A stretch of 64,000 nucleotides of DNA from the human T2T-CHM13v2.0 reference genome, Homo sapiens: contig CP086569.2 of assembly GCA_009914755.4 (NCBI GenBank), forward strand, positions 33,056,001 to 33,120,000. Direction: 5' to 3'. Positions within the stretch are counted from its first letter, which is position 1, and every line of letters begins with the position of its first letter. The translations under genes were made by a program, and so were the position numbers. This document shows, piece by piece, positions 37,394-51,604 of this stretch. The notes beneath the pieces were generated by a model. The model saw only the letters and a list, made by a program, of their open reading frames with translations, did no database searches and was not told where the DNA came from.

Positions 37394-40300
37394 GACTCCT
37401 TTGGAATCGTCTAGTATGCAATGCAATCGACTGGCAGGGAATCAAAAGGAATGTAATCGAATGGATTGGACTGGAATGCAATGGACTCGAATAGATTGGA
37501 AACGGAATGCAAAGGAATGGAATGGAATAGTATGGAATGGAATGGAAAGGAATGGAGTGGAATAGACTAGAGTGGAATGGAATGGACTGGAAAGCAATGG
37601 ACTGGAATGGAACTTTCTTGAATGGACTGGAATCAAACGGAATGGAATGCAATGCAATCAAATGGCATGGAATAAAATAGAATGAAAGAGAATCAAACGG
37701 AATTGAATCGAATGGAATCGAATGGATTGGAAAGGAATAGAATGGAATGGAATGGAATTGACTCAAATGGAATGGACTAGAATGGAATGGATTCGAATGG
37801 AAGGCAAAGGAATGGAATCTATTGGAATGGACTGTAATGGAATGGAATGGAAGGGATTGGAATGGACTCGAATGGAATGGACTGCAATAGAAAGGATTCG
37901 AATGGAATGAAAAAGAATTGAATGGAATAGAACAGAATGGAATCAAATCGAATGAAATTGAATGGAATAGAAAGGAATGGAATGAAATGGAATGGAAAGG
38001 ATTCGAATGGAATGCAATCGAATGGAATGCAATCGAATGGAATGGAATCGAACGGAATGGAATAAAATGGAAGAAAACTGGCAAGAAATGGAATCGAAAT
38101 GAATGGAGTGTTATGGAACGGACTCAAAAGGAATTGAATGTAATAGAATGGAGTGGAGTGGACTCGAATATAATGGACTGGAATGGAATGAAATCACATG
38201 GAATGGGAACGAATGGAATGGAATGGAAAGGAATGGAATCGAATGGAAAGGAATCGAATGGAAGGGAATGAAATTGAATCAACAGGAATGGAAGGGAATA
38301 GAATAGACGGTAATGGAATGGACTCGAATAGAATGGACACGAATGCTCAAATTGAATGGACTCGAGTGGAATGGAAACGAAACGAATGTCATCGAATGGA
38401 ATTGAATCGATTGGAATGAAATCGCATAGAATGGACTGGAATCAAATGGAATTGAGTCGAAAGGAAAGGAAGCGAATGGACTGAAATGAAATGGAATGGA
38501 ATTGAATGGAAAGTAATGCAATGGAATAGAATGGAACGAAATTTCACGGAATGGAATCAAACTGAATGGAATCAAATCAATGGAATATAATCAAATGGAA
38601 TGGAAAGGAATTGAATGGAGTAGATGGGACTGGATGGGATTGGAATGAAATGTACTGGAAAGGACTCGAATTTCATGAAACGGAATGGAATGAATTGGAA
38701 CGGAATGGACTCGAATGGAATGGAATGTCATGGAATGGCATCAAATGGAATGGAATCGAATGCAATGGAATGCTATGGAATGGAATGGAATGCATTGGAA
38801 TGGAATGTCCTCTAATGGAATGGATTCGAGTGGAATGGAATCGAATATAATGGAGTCGAATGAAATGGAATTGAAAGGAATAGGATCGAATACAATGGAA
38901 TATACTGGAATGTAACGTAATGAACTCGAATGTAATTGACTGGAATGGAATGTACATGAATGGAATGTAATCGAATGGAAAGTAATCCAATGGAATAGAA
39001 TCTAATGCAATAAAATCGACTCAAATAGAATAGAATGGAATGGAATGGAGTGCAGTGCAATGGAATGGAAGGGAATGGAATGCAATGGAATGTAATGTAA
39101 TGGAATGGAATGGAATGGGATGGAATGGTATGGAATGGATAGTAATGGACTGGAGTGAAATGGACTGGAAAGGAATGGACTCAAATTGAAAGGGCTCGAA
39201 AGGAATGCAGTCAAATGGAATGATCTGGAATGGAATGAACACGAATGTAATGCAATCCAATAGAATGGAATCGAATGGCATGGAATATAAAGAAATGGAA
39301 TCGAAGAGAATGGAAACAAATGGAATGGAATTGAATGGAATGGAATTGAATGGAATGAGAATGAATGGAGTGAAATTGTATGCAGTAGAAGAGAATAGAA
39401 TGGAATGCAAGCGAAAGGAAAGGAATGGATTGGAATGGAATGGAATTCATTGGAATGGAAGGGAATGTAGTGTAATGGACAGGCCTGGAATAAAGTGGAA
39501 TGCTACGGTCTCGAATGGAATAAAAATGTATGGAATGGAATGCAATGAAACGGAATCGAATGTCATAGAATGTAATGGAATGCAAAAAAATGGAATCCAA
39601 AATCATTGACTGGAAAGGCTGGGTGTCGAAAGGAATTGACTCCAATGGAATGGAATCGAATGGAATGGAAGTGAATAGAATCGAACTAAATCGAATGGAA
39701 TGGAATTGATAGGAACGGAATGGAAAGGAATGCAATGATTTGGCATGGAATGGAATCGAATGGCATCGAATGGAATGGAATGGAATGCAATGGAATGGAA
39801 TGTATTAGAATGTAATGAACTTTAATGGAATGTACTCGAATGGATTCGACTGGAATGGAATGTTCTGGAAGTGAATGGACTCCAATGGAATGGATTCGAA
39901 AGGAATGGAATCGTACGGAATGGAATCTAATGGAATGGAATTAAATGGAAATGAATCAAATTGAATAGCACGGAACTGAATTGAATGGAATCGAATGCAA
40001 TGGAATCTAATGAAACGGAAAGGAAAGGAATGGAATAGAATGGAATGGGCTGGAATGGAATGGAATCGAAACAAATGGAATGGAATCGAACTGAAGAGAC
40101 TGGAATGGAATGCACTGGAATGGAAGGGAGTGTAATGGAAGGTTCTCGAAAGAAATGGAATCGAATGGAATGGAATTGAATGGAACGGAATAGAGTCGAA
40201 TGGAATTGAATGGAATGGAATGGACTAGAGTGAAATGGAATCGAACCACAAGAATGGACAGGAATAGAATGGTCTCGAATTGAATGGAATCGTATGGAAT

Positions 40301-40941
40301 GGCATCAAACGGAATGGAATGGACAGCCACGGAATGGAATGCACTCGAATGCAATGGAGTCGAAACTAATGGACTGGAATAGAATGGACTCGACTGGTAC
40401 GGACTCCAATGGAATGGAATCGAATGGAAGGGAATCGAACGGAATGGACTCGAAGGCAAAAGACTGCAATGGAAAGGTGTCGAATGGAATGGAAATTAAT
40501 GGAATGGAATGGAATCGAATGAAATGGAGTCAAAAGGAATGGAATCGAATGGCAAGAAATCGAATGTAATGGAATCGCAAGGAATTGATGTGAACGGAAC
40601 GGAATGGAATGGAATCCAAAGGAATGGAATAGAATGGAATGGAATCGAATGGAAAGGACTCGAATGGAAATCACTCGAATAGAATGCAATTTAATAAAAT
40701 AGGATCAAATGTAATGGAATGGAATGGAAAGGAATCGAAACGAAAGGAATGGAGACAGATGGAATGGAATGGAACAGAGAGCAATGGTATAGAATGGAAT
40801 GGAATCATCTGGAATGGAATTGAATGGAATGGAATAACATGAAATGGAATGGAATGGAATGGAATGCCTTTGAATTAAATGGACTGGAATGGAATGCTCT
40901 CGAACAGAGTGGAATGGAAAGTGTTGGAATAGAATGGAATG
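37394..40941 (+). repeat. DYZ1-type unit 2 (3,548 bp)
   Basis: Anchor-to-anchor spacing. Confidence 0.85.
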
Positions 40942-43900
40942 GACTCGTTTGGAATGGTGTAGTATGCAATGCAATCGACTGGCAGGGAATCAAAAGGAAT
41001 GTAATCGAATGGATTGGACTGGAATGCAATGGACTCGAATAGATTGGAAACGGAATGCAAAGGAATGGAATGGAATAGTATGGAATGGAATGGAAAGGAA
41101 TGGAGTGGAATAGACTAGAGTGGAATGGAATGGACTGGAAAGCAATGGACTGGAATGGAACTTTCTTGAATGGACTGGAATCAAACGGAATGGAATACAA
41201 TGCAATCAAATGGCATGGAATAAAATAGAATGAAAGAGAATCAAATGGAATTGAATCGAATGGAATCGAATGGATTGGAAAGGAATAGAATGGAATGGAA
41301 TGGAATTGACTCAAATGGAATGGACTAGAATGGAATGGATTCGAATGGAAGGCAAAGGAATGGAATCTATTGGAATGGACTGTAATGGAATGGAATGGAA
41401 GGGATTGGAATGGACTCGAATGGAATGGACTGCAATAGAAAGGATTCGAATGGAATGAAAAAGAATTGAATGGAATAGAACAGAATGGAATCAAATCGAA
41501 TGAAATGGAATGGAATAGAAAGGAATGGAATGAAATGGAATGGAAAGGATTCGAATAGAATGCAATCGAATGGAATGGAATCGAACGGAATGGAATAAAA
41601 TGGAAGAAAACTGGCAAGAAATGGAATCGAAATGAATGGAGTGTTATGGATCGGACTCAAAAGGAATTGAATGTAATAGAATGGAGTGGAGTGGACTCGA
41701 ATATAATGGACTGGAATGGAATGAAATCACATGGAATGGGAACGAATGGAATGGAATGGAAAGGAATGGAATCGAATGGAAAGGAATCGAATGGAAGGGA
41801 ATGAAATTGAATCAACAGGAATGGAAGGGAGTAGAATAGACGGTAATGGAATGGACTCGAATAGAATGGACACGAATGCTCAAATTGAACGGACTCGAAT
41901 GGAATGGAAACGAAAGGAATGTCATCGAATGGAATTGAATCGGTTGGAATGAAATCGCATAGAATGGAGTGGAATCAAATGGAATTGAATCGAAAGGAAA
42001 GGAAGCGAATGGACTGAAATGAAATGGAATGGAATTGAATGGAAAGTAATGCAATGGAATAGAATGGAACGAAATTTCACGGAATGGAATCAAACTGAAT
42101 GGAATCAAATCAATGGAATATAATCAAATGGAATGGAAAGGAATTGAATGGAGTAGATTGGGTTGGATGGGATTGGAATGAAATGGAATGGAAAGGACTC
42201 GAATTTCATGAAACGGAATGGAATGAATTGGAACGGAATGGACTCGAATGGAATGGAATGACATGGAATGGCAAGAAATGGAATGGCATCAAAGGGAATG
42301 GAATCGAATGCAATGGAATGCTATGGAATGGAATGGAATGCATTGGAATGGAATGTCCTCTAATGGAATGGATTCGAGTGGAATGGAATCTAATATAATG
42401 GAGTCGAATGAAATGGAATTGAAAGGAATGGGATCGAATACAATGGAATATACTGGAATGTAATGTAAAGAACTCGAATGTAATTGAATGGAAAGGAATG
42501 TACATGAATGGAATGTAATCGAATGGAAAGTAATCCAATGGAATAGTATCTAATGTAATAAAATCGACTCAGATAGAGTAGAATGTAATGGAATGGAGTG
42601 TAGTGCAATGGAATGGAATGGAATGGAATGCAATGGAATGGAAAGGAATGGAATGGAATGGAATGGAATGGGATGGAATGGTATGGAATGGATAGTAATG
42701 GACTGGAGTGAAATGGACTGGAAAGGAATGGACTCAAATTGAAAGGTCTCGAAAGGAATGGAGTCAAAAGGAATGGTCTGGAATGGAATGAACACGAATG
42801 TAATGCAATCCAATAGAATGGAGTCGAATGGCATGGAATATAAAGAAATGGGATCGAAGAGAATGGAAACAAATGGAATGGAATTGAATGGAATGGAATT
42901 GAATGGAATGGGAAGGAATGGAGTGAAATTGTATGCAGTAGAAGAGAATAGAATGGAATGCAAGTGAAAGGAAAGGAATGGATTGGAATGGAATGGAATT
43001 CATTGAAATGGAAGGGAATGTAGTGTAATGGACAGGCCTGGAATAAAGTGGAATGCTACGGTCTCGAATGGAATAAAAATGTATGGAATGGAATGCAATG
43101 AAACGGAATCGAATGTCATAGAAAGTAATGGAATGCAAAAAAATGGAATCCAAAATCATTGACTGGAAAGGCTGGGTGTCGAAAGGAATTGACTCCAATG
43201 GAATGGAATCGAATGGAATGGAAGTGAATAGAATCGAACTAAATCGAATGGAATGGAATTGATAGGAACGGAATGGAAAGGAATGCAATGATTTGGCATG
43301 GAATGGAATCGAATGGCATCGAATGGAATGGAATGGAATGCAATGGAATGGAATGTATTAGAATGTAATGAACTTTAATGGAATGTACTCGAATGGATTC
43401 GACTGGAATGGAATGTTCTGGAAGTGAATGGACTCCAATGGAATGGATTCGAAAGGAATGGAATCGTACGGAATGGAATCTAATGGAATGGAATTAAATG
43501 GAAATGAATCAAATTGAATAGCACGGAATAGAATTGAATGGAATCGAATGCAATGGAATCTAATGAAACGGAAAGGAAAGGAATGGAATGGAATGGAATG
43601 GGCTGGAATGGAATGGAATCGAAACAAATAGAATGGAATCGAACTGAAGAGACTGGAATGGAATGCACTGGAATGGAAGGGAGTGTAATGGAAGGTTCTC
43701 GAAAAAAATGGAATCGAATGGAATGGAATTGAATGGAACGGAATAGAGTCGAATGGAATTGAATGGAATGGAATGGACTAGAGTGAAATGGAATCGAACC
43801 ACAAGGAATGGACAGGAATAGAATGGTCTCGAATTGAATGGAATCGTATGGAATGGCATCAAACGGAATGGAATGGACAGCCACGGAATGGAATGCACTC

Positions 43901-44502
43901 GAATGCAATGGAGTCGAAACGTCGAAACTAATGGACTGGAATAGAATGGACTCGACTGGTACGGACTCCAATGGAATGGAATCGAATGGAAGGGAATCGA
44001 ACGGAATGGACTCGAAGGGAAAAGACTGCAATGGAAAGGTCTCGAATGGAATGGAAATTAATGGAATGGAATGGAATCGAATGAAATGGAGTCAAAAGGA
44101 ATGGAATCGAATGGCAAGAAATCGAATGTAATGGAATCGCAAGGAATTGATGTGAACGGAACGGAATGGAATGGAATCCAAAGGAATGGAATAGAATGGA
44201 ATGGAATCGAATGGAAAGGACTCGAATGGAAATCACTCGAATAGAATGCAATTTAATAAAATAGGATCAAATGTAATGGAATGGAATGGAAAGGAATCGA
44301 AACGAAAGGAATGGAGACAGATGGAATGGAATGGAACAGAGAGCAATGGTATAGAATGGAATGGAATCATCTGGAATGGAATTGAATGGAATGGAATAAT
44401 ATGAAATGGAATGGAATGGAATGGAATGCCCTTGAATTAAATGGACTGGAATGGAATGGACTCGAACAGAGTGGAATGGAAAGTGTTGAAATAGAATGGA
44501 AT
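40942..44502 (+). repeat. DYZ1-type unit 3 (3,561 bp)
   Basis: Anchor-to-anchor spacing. Confidence 0.85.
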
Positions 44503-47500
44503 GGACTCGTTTGGAATGGTCTAGTATGCAATGCAATCGACTGGCAGGGAATCAAAAGGAATGTAATCGAATGGATTGGACTGGAATGCAATGGACTCGA
44601 ATAGATTGGAAACGGAAAGCAAAGGAATGGAATGGAATAGTATGGAATGGAATGCAAAGGAATGGAGTGGAATAGACTAGAGTGGAATGGAATGGACTCG
44701 AAAGCAATGGACTGGAATGGAACTTTCTTGAATGGACTGGAATCAAACGGAATGGAATGCAATGCAATCAAATGGCATGGAATAAAATAGAATGAAAGAG
44801 AATCAAATGGAATTGAATCGAATGGAATCGAATGGATTGGAAAAGAATAGAATGGAATGGAATGGAATTGACTCAAATGGAATGGACTAGAATGGAATGG
44901 ATTCGAATGGAAGGCAAAGGAATGGAATCTATTGGAATGGACTGTAATGGAATGGAATGGAAGGGATTGGAATGGACTCGAATGGAATGGACTGCAGTAG
45001 AAAGGATTCGAATGGAATGAAAAAGAATTGAATGGAATAGAACAGAATGGAATCAAATCGAATGAAATGGAATGGAATAGAAAGGAATGGAATGAAATGG
45101 AATGGAAAGGATTCGAATGGAATGCAATCGAATGGAATGAAATCGAATGGAATGGAATCGAACGGAATGGAATAAAATGGAAGAAAACTGGCAAGAAATG
45201 GAATCGAAATGAATGGAGTGTTATGGAACGGACTCAAAAGGAATTGAATGTAATAGAATGGAGTGGAGTGGACTCGAATATAATGGACTGGAATGGAATG
45301 AAATCACATGGAATGGGAACGAATGGAATGGAATGGAAAGGAATGGAATGGAAAGGAATGGAATCGAATGGAAAGGAATCGAATGGAAGGGAATGAAATT
45401 GAATCAACAGGAATGGAAGGAAGTAGAATAGACGGTAATGGAATGGACTCGAATAGAATGGACACGAATGCTCAAATTGAATGGACTCGAATGGAATGGA
45501 AACGAAAGGAATGTCGTCGAATGGAATTGAATCGATTGGAATGAAATCGCATAGAATGGAGTGGAATCAAATGGAATTGAATCGAAAGGAAAGGAAGCGA
45601 ATGGTCTGTAATGAAATGGAATGGAATTGAATGGAAAGTAATGCAAGGGAATAGAATGGAACGAAATTTCACGGAATGGAATCAAACTGAATGGAATCAA
45701 ATCAATGGAATATAATCAAATGGCATGGAAAGGAATTGAATGGAGTAGATTGGATTGGATGGGATTGGAATGAAATGTACTGGAAAGGACTCGAATTTCA
45801 TGAAATGGAATGGAATGAACTGGAACGGAATGGACTCGAATGGAATGGAATGTCATGGAATGGCATCAAATGGAATGGCATCAAATGGAATGGAATCGAA
45901 TGCAATGGAATGCTATGGAATGGAATGGAATGCATTGGAATGGAATGTCCCCTAATGGAATGGATTCGAGTGGAATGGAATCGAATATAATGGAGTCGAA
46001 TGAAATGGAATTGAAAGGAAAGGGATCGAATACAATGGAATATACTGGAATGTAATGTAATGAACTCGAATGTAATTGACTAGAATGGAATGTACATGAA
46101 TGGAATGTAATCGAATGGAAAATAATCTCATGGAATAGAATCTAATGCAATAAAATCGACTCAAATAGAATAGAATGGAATGGAGTGGAGTGCAGTGCAA
46201 TGGAATGGAATGGAATGGAATGCAATGGAATGGAATGGAATGGGATGGAATGGTATGGGATGGATAGAAATGGACTGGAGTGAAATGGACTGGAAAGTAA
46301 TGGACTCAAATTGAAAGAGCTCGAAAGAATGGAGTCAAATGGAATGGTCTGGAATGGAATGAACACGAATGTAATGCAATCCAATAGAATGGAATCGAAT
46401 GGCATGGAATATAAAGAAATGGAATCGAAGAGAATGGAAACGAATGGAATGGAATTGAATGGAATGGAATTGAATGGAATGGGAACGAATGGAGTGAAAT
46501 TGTATGCAGTAGAAGAGAATAGAATGGAATGCAAGCGAAATTAAAGGAATGGATTGGAATGGAATGGAATTCATTGGAATGGAAGGTAATGTATTGCAAT
46601 GGACAGGCCTTTAATAAAGTGGAATGCTACGGTCTCGAATGGAATAAAAATGTATGGAATGGAATTCAATGAAACGGAATCGAATGTCATAGAATGTAAT
46701 GGAATGCAAAAAAATGGAATCCAAAATCATTGACTGGAAAGGCTGGGTGTCGAAAGGAATTGACTCCAATGGAATGAAATCGAATGGAATGGAAGTGAAT
46801 AGAATCGAAGTAAATCGAATGGAATGGAATTGTTAGGAACGGAATGGAAAGGAGTGCAATGATTTGGCATGGAATGGAATCGAATGGCATTGAATGGAGT
46901 GGAATGGAATGCAATGGAATGGAATGTATTAGAATGTAATGAACATTAATGGAATGTACTCGAATGGAATCGACTGGAATGGAATGTTCTGGAAGTGAAT
47001 GGACTCCAATGGAATGGATTCGAAAGGAATGGAATCTAATGGAATGGAATTAAATGGAAACGAATCAAATTGAATAGCACGGAATTGAATTGAATGGAAT
47101 CGAATGCAATGGAATCTAATGAAATGGAAAGGAAAGGAATGGAATGGAATGGAATGGGCTGGAGTTGAATGGAATCGATACGAATGGAATGGAATAGAAC
47201 TGAAGAGACTGGAATGGAATTCACTGGAATGGAAGGGAGTGTAATGGAAGGATCTCGAAAAAAATGGAATCGAATGGAATGGAATTGAATGGAACGGAAT
47301 AGAGTCGAATGGAATTCAATGGAATTGAATGGACTAGAGTGAAATGGAATCGAACCACAAGGAATGGACAGGAATAGAATGGTCTCGAATTGAATGGAAT
47401 CGTATGGAATGACATCAAACGGAATGGAATGGACAGCCACGGAATGGAATGCCCTCGAATGCAATGGAGTCGAAACTAATGGACTGGAATAGAATGGACT

Positions 47501-48050
47501 CGACTGGTACGGACTCCAATGGAATGGAATCGAAAGGAAGGGAATCGAACGGAATGGACTCGAAGGGAAAAGACTGCAATGGAAAGGTCTCGAATGGAAT
47601 GGAAATTAATGGAATGGAATGGAATCGAATGAAATGGAGTCAAAAGGAATGGAATCGAATGGCAAGAAATCGAATGTAATGGAATCGCAAGGAATTGATG
47701 TGAACGGAACGGAATGGAATGGAATCCAAAGGAATGGAATAGAATGGAATGGAATCGAATGGAAAGGACTCGAATGGAAATCACTCGAATAGAATGCAAT
47801 TTAATAAAATAGGATCAAATGGAATGGAATGGAATGGAAAGGAATCGAAACGAAAGGAATGGAGACAGATGGAATGGAATGGAACAGAGAGCAATGGTAT
47901 AGAATGGAATGGAATCATCTGGAATGGAATTGAATGGAATGGAATAACATGAAATGGAATGGAATGGAATGGAATGCCCTTGAATTAAATGGACTGGAAT
48001 GGAATGGACTCGAACAGAGTGTAATGGAAAGTGTTGAAATAGAATGGAAT
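44503..48050 (+). repeat. DYZ1-type unit 4 (3,548 bp)
   Basis: Anchor-to-anchor spacing. Confidence 0.85.
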
Positions 48051-51000
48051 GGACTCCTTTGGAATGGTCTAGTATGCAATGCAATCGACTGGCAGGGAAT
48101 CAAAAGGAATGTAATCGAATGGATTGGACTGGAATGCAATGGACTCGAATAGACTGGAAACGGAATGCAAAGGAATGGAATGGAATAGTATGGAATGGAA
48201 TGGAAAGGAATGGAGTGGAATAGACTAGAGTGGAATGGAATGGACTGGAAAGCAATGGACTGGAATGGAACATTCTTGAATGGACTGGAATCAAACGGAA
48301 TGGAATGCAATGCAATCAAATGGCATGGAATCAAATGGAATGAAAGGGAATCAAATGGAATTGAATCGAATGGAATCGAATGGATTGGAAAGGAATAGAA
48401 TGGAATGGAATGGAATTGACTCAAATGGAATGGACTAGAATGGAATGGATTCGAATGGAAGGCAAAGGAATGGAATCTATTGGAATGGACTGTAATGGAA
48501 TGGAATGGAAGGGATTGGAATGGACTCGAATGGAATGGACTGCAATAGAAAGGATTCGAATGGAATGAAAAAGAATTGAATGGAATAGAACAGAATGGAA
48601 TCAAATCGAATGAAATGGAATGGAATAGAAAGGAATGGAATGAAATGGAATGGAAAGGATTCGAATGGAATGCAATCGAATGGAATGGAATCGAACGGAA
48701 TGGAATAAAATGGAAGAAAACTGGCAAGAAATGGAATCGAAATGAATGGAGTGTTATGGAACGGACTCAAAAGGAATTGAATGTAATAGAATGGAGTGGA
48801 GTGGACTCGAATATAATGGACTGGAATGGAATGAAATCACATGGAATGGGAACGAATGGAATGGAATGGAAAGGAATGGAATCGAATGGAAAGGAATCGA
48901 ATGGAAGGGAATGAAATTGAATCAACAGGAATGGAAGGGAATAGAATAGACGGTAATGGAATGGACTCGAATAGAATGGACACGAATGCTCAAATTGAAT
49001 GGACTCGAATGGAATGGAAACGAAAGGAATGTCATCGAATGGAATTGAATCGATTGGAATGAAATCGCATAGAATGGAGTGGAATCAAATGGAATTGAAT
49101 CGAAAGGAAAGGAAGCGAATGGACTGAAATGAAATGGAATGGAATTGAATGGAAAGTAATGCAATGGAATAGAATGGAACGAAATTTCACGGAATGGAAT
49201 GAAACTGAATGGAATCAAATCAATGGAATCTAATCAAGTGGAAAGGAAAGGAATTGAATGGAGTAGATTGGATTGGATGGGATTGGAATGAAATGTACTG
49301 GAAAGGACTCGAGTTTCATGAAACGGAATGGAATGAATTGGAACGGAATGGACTCGAATGGAATGGAATGTCATGGAATGGCATCAAATGGAATGGCATC
49401 AAATGGAATGGAATCGAATGCAATGGAATGCTATGGAATGGAATGGAATGCATTGGAATGGAATGTCCTCTAATGGAATAGATTCGAGTGGAATGGAATC
49501 GAATATAATGGAGTCGAATGAAATGGAATTGAAAGGAATGGGATCGAATACAATGGAATATACTTGAATGTAATGTAATGAACTCGAATGTAATTGACTG
49601 GAATGGAATGTACATGAATGGAATGTAATCGAATGGAAAGTAATCCAATGGAATAGAATCTAATGCAATAAAATCGACTCAGATAGAGTAGAATGTAATG
49701 GAATTGAGTGCAGTGCAATGGAATGGAATGGAATGGAATGCAATGGAATGGAATGGAATGGAAAGGAATGGAATGGAATGGGATGGAATGGTATGGAATG
49801 GATAGTAATGGACTGGAGTGAAATGGACTGGAAATGAATGGACTCAAATTGAAAGGGCTCGAAAGGAATGGAGTCAAAAGGAATGGTCTGGAATGGAATG
49901 AACACGAATGTAATGCAATCCAATAGAATGGAATCGAATGGCATGGAATATAAAGAAATGGAATCGAAGAGAATGGAAACAAATGGAATGGAATTGAATG
50001 GAATGGAATTGAATGGAATGGGAACGAATGGAGTGAAATTGTATGCAGTAGAAGAGAATAGAATGGAATGCAAGCGAAAGGAAAGTAATGGATTGGAATG
50101 GAATGGAATTCATTGGAATGGAAGGGAATGTAGTGTAATGGACAGGCCTGGAATAAAGTGGAATGCTACGGTCTCAAATGGAATAAAAATGTATGGAATG
50201 GAATGCAATGAAACGGAATCGAATGTCATAGAATGTAATGGAATGCAAAAAAATGGAATCCAAAATCATTGACTGGAAAGGCTGGGTGTCGAAAGGAATT
50301 GACTCCAATGGAATGGAATCGAATGGAATGGAAGTGAATAGAATGGAACTAAATCGAATGGAATGGAATTGATAGGAACGGAATGGAAAGGAATGCAATG
50401 ATTTGGCATGGAATGGAATCGAATGGCATCGAATGGAATGGAATGGAATGCAATGGAATGGAATGTATTAGAATTTAATGAACTTTAATGGAATGTACTC
50501 GAATGGATTCGACTGGAATGGAATGTTCTGGAAGTGAATGGACTCCAATGGAATGGATTCAAAAGGAATGGAGTCGTACGGAATGGAATCTAATGGAATG
50601 GAATTAAATGGAAATGAATCAAATTGAATAGAACGGAATTGATTTGAATGGAATCGAATGCAATGGAATCTAATGAAACGGAAAGGAAAGGAATGGAATG
50701 GAATGGAATGGGCTGGAATGGAAAGGAATCGAAACGAATGGAATGGAATCGAACTGAAGAGACTGGAATGGAATGCACTGGAATGGAAGGGAGTGTAATG
50801 GAAGGTTCTCGAAAAAAATGGAATCGAATGGAATGGAATTGAGTGGAACGGAATAGAGTCGAATGGAATTGAATGGAATGGAATGGACTAGAGTGAAATG
50901 GAATCGAACCACAAGGAATGGACAGGAATAGAATGGTCTCGAATTGAATGGAATCGTATGGAATGGCATCAAACGGAATGGAATGGACAGCCACGGAATG

Positions 51001-51604
51001 GAATGCACTCGAATGCAATGGAGTCGAAACTAATGGACTGGAATAGAATGGACTCGACTGGTACGGACTCCAATGGAATGGAATCGAATGGAAGGGAATC
51101 GAACGGAATGGACTCGAAGGGAAAACACTGCAATGGAAAGGTCTCGAATGGAATGGAAATTAATGGAATGGAACGGAATCGAATGAAATGGAGTCAAAAG
51201 GAATGGAATCGAATGGCAAGAAATCGAATGCAATGGAATCGCAAGGAATTGATGTGAACGGAACGGAATGGAATGGAATCCAAAGGAATGGAATAGAATG
51301 GAATGGAATCGAATGGAAAGGACTCGAATGGAAATCACTCGAACAGAATGCAATTTAATAAAATAGGATCAAATGTAATGGAATGGAATGGAAAGGAATC
51401 GAAACGAAAGGAATGGAGACAGATGGAATGGAATGGAACAGAGAGCAAAGGTATAGAATGGAATGGAATCATCTGGAATGGAATTGAATGGAATGGAATA
51501 ATATGAAATGGAATGGAATGGAATGGAATGCCCTTGAATTAAATGGACTGGAATGGAATGGACTCAAACAGAGTGGAATGGAAAGTGTGGATATAGAATG
51601 GAAT
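48051..51604 (+). repeat. DYZ1-type unit 5 (3,554 bp)
   Basis: Anchor-to-anchor spacing. Confidence 0.85.
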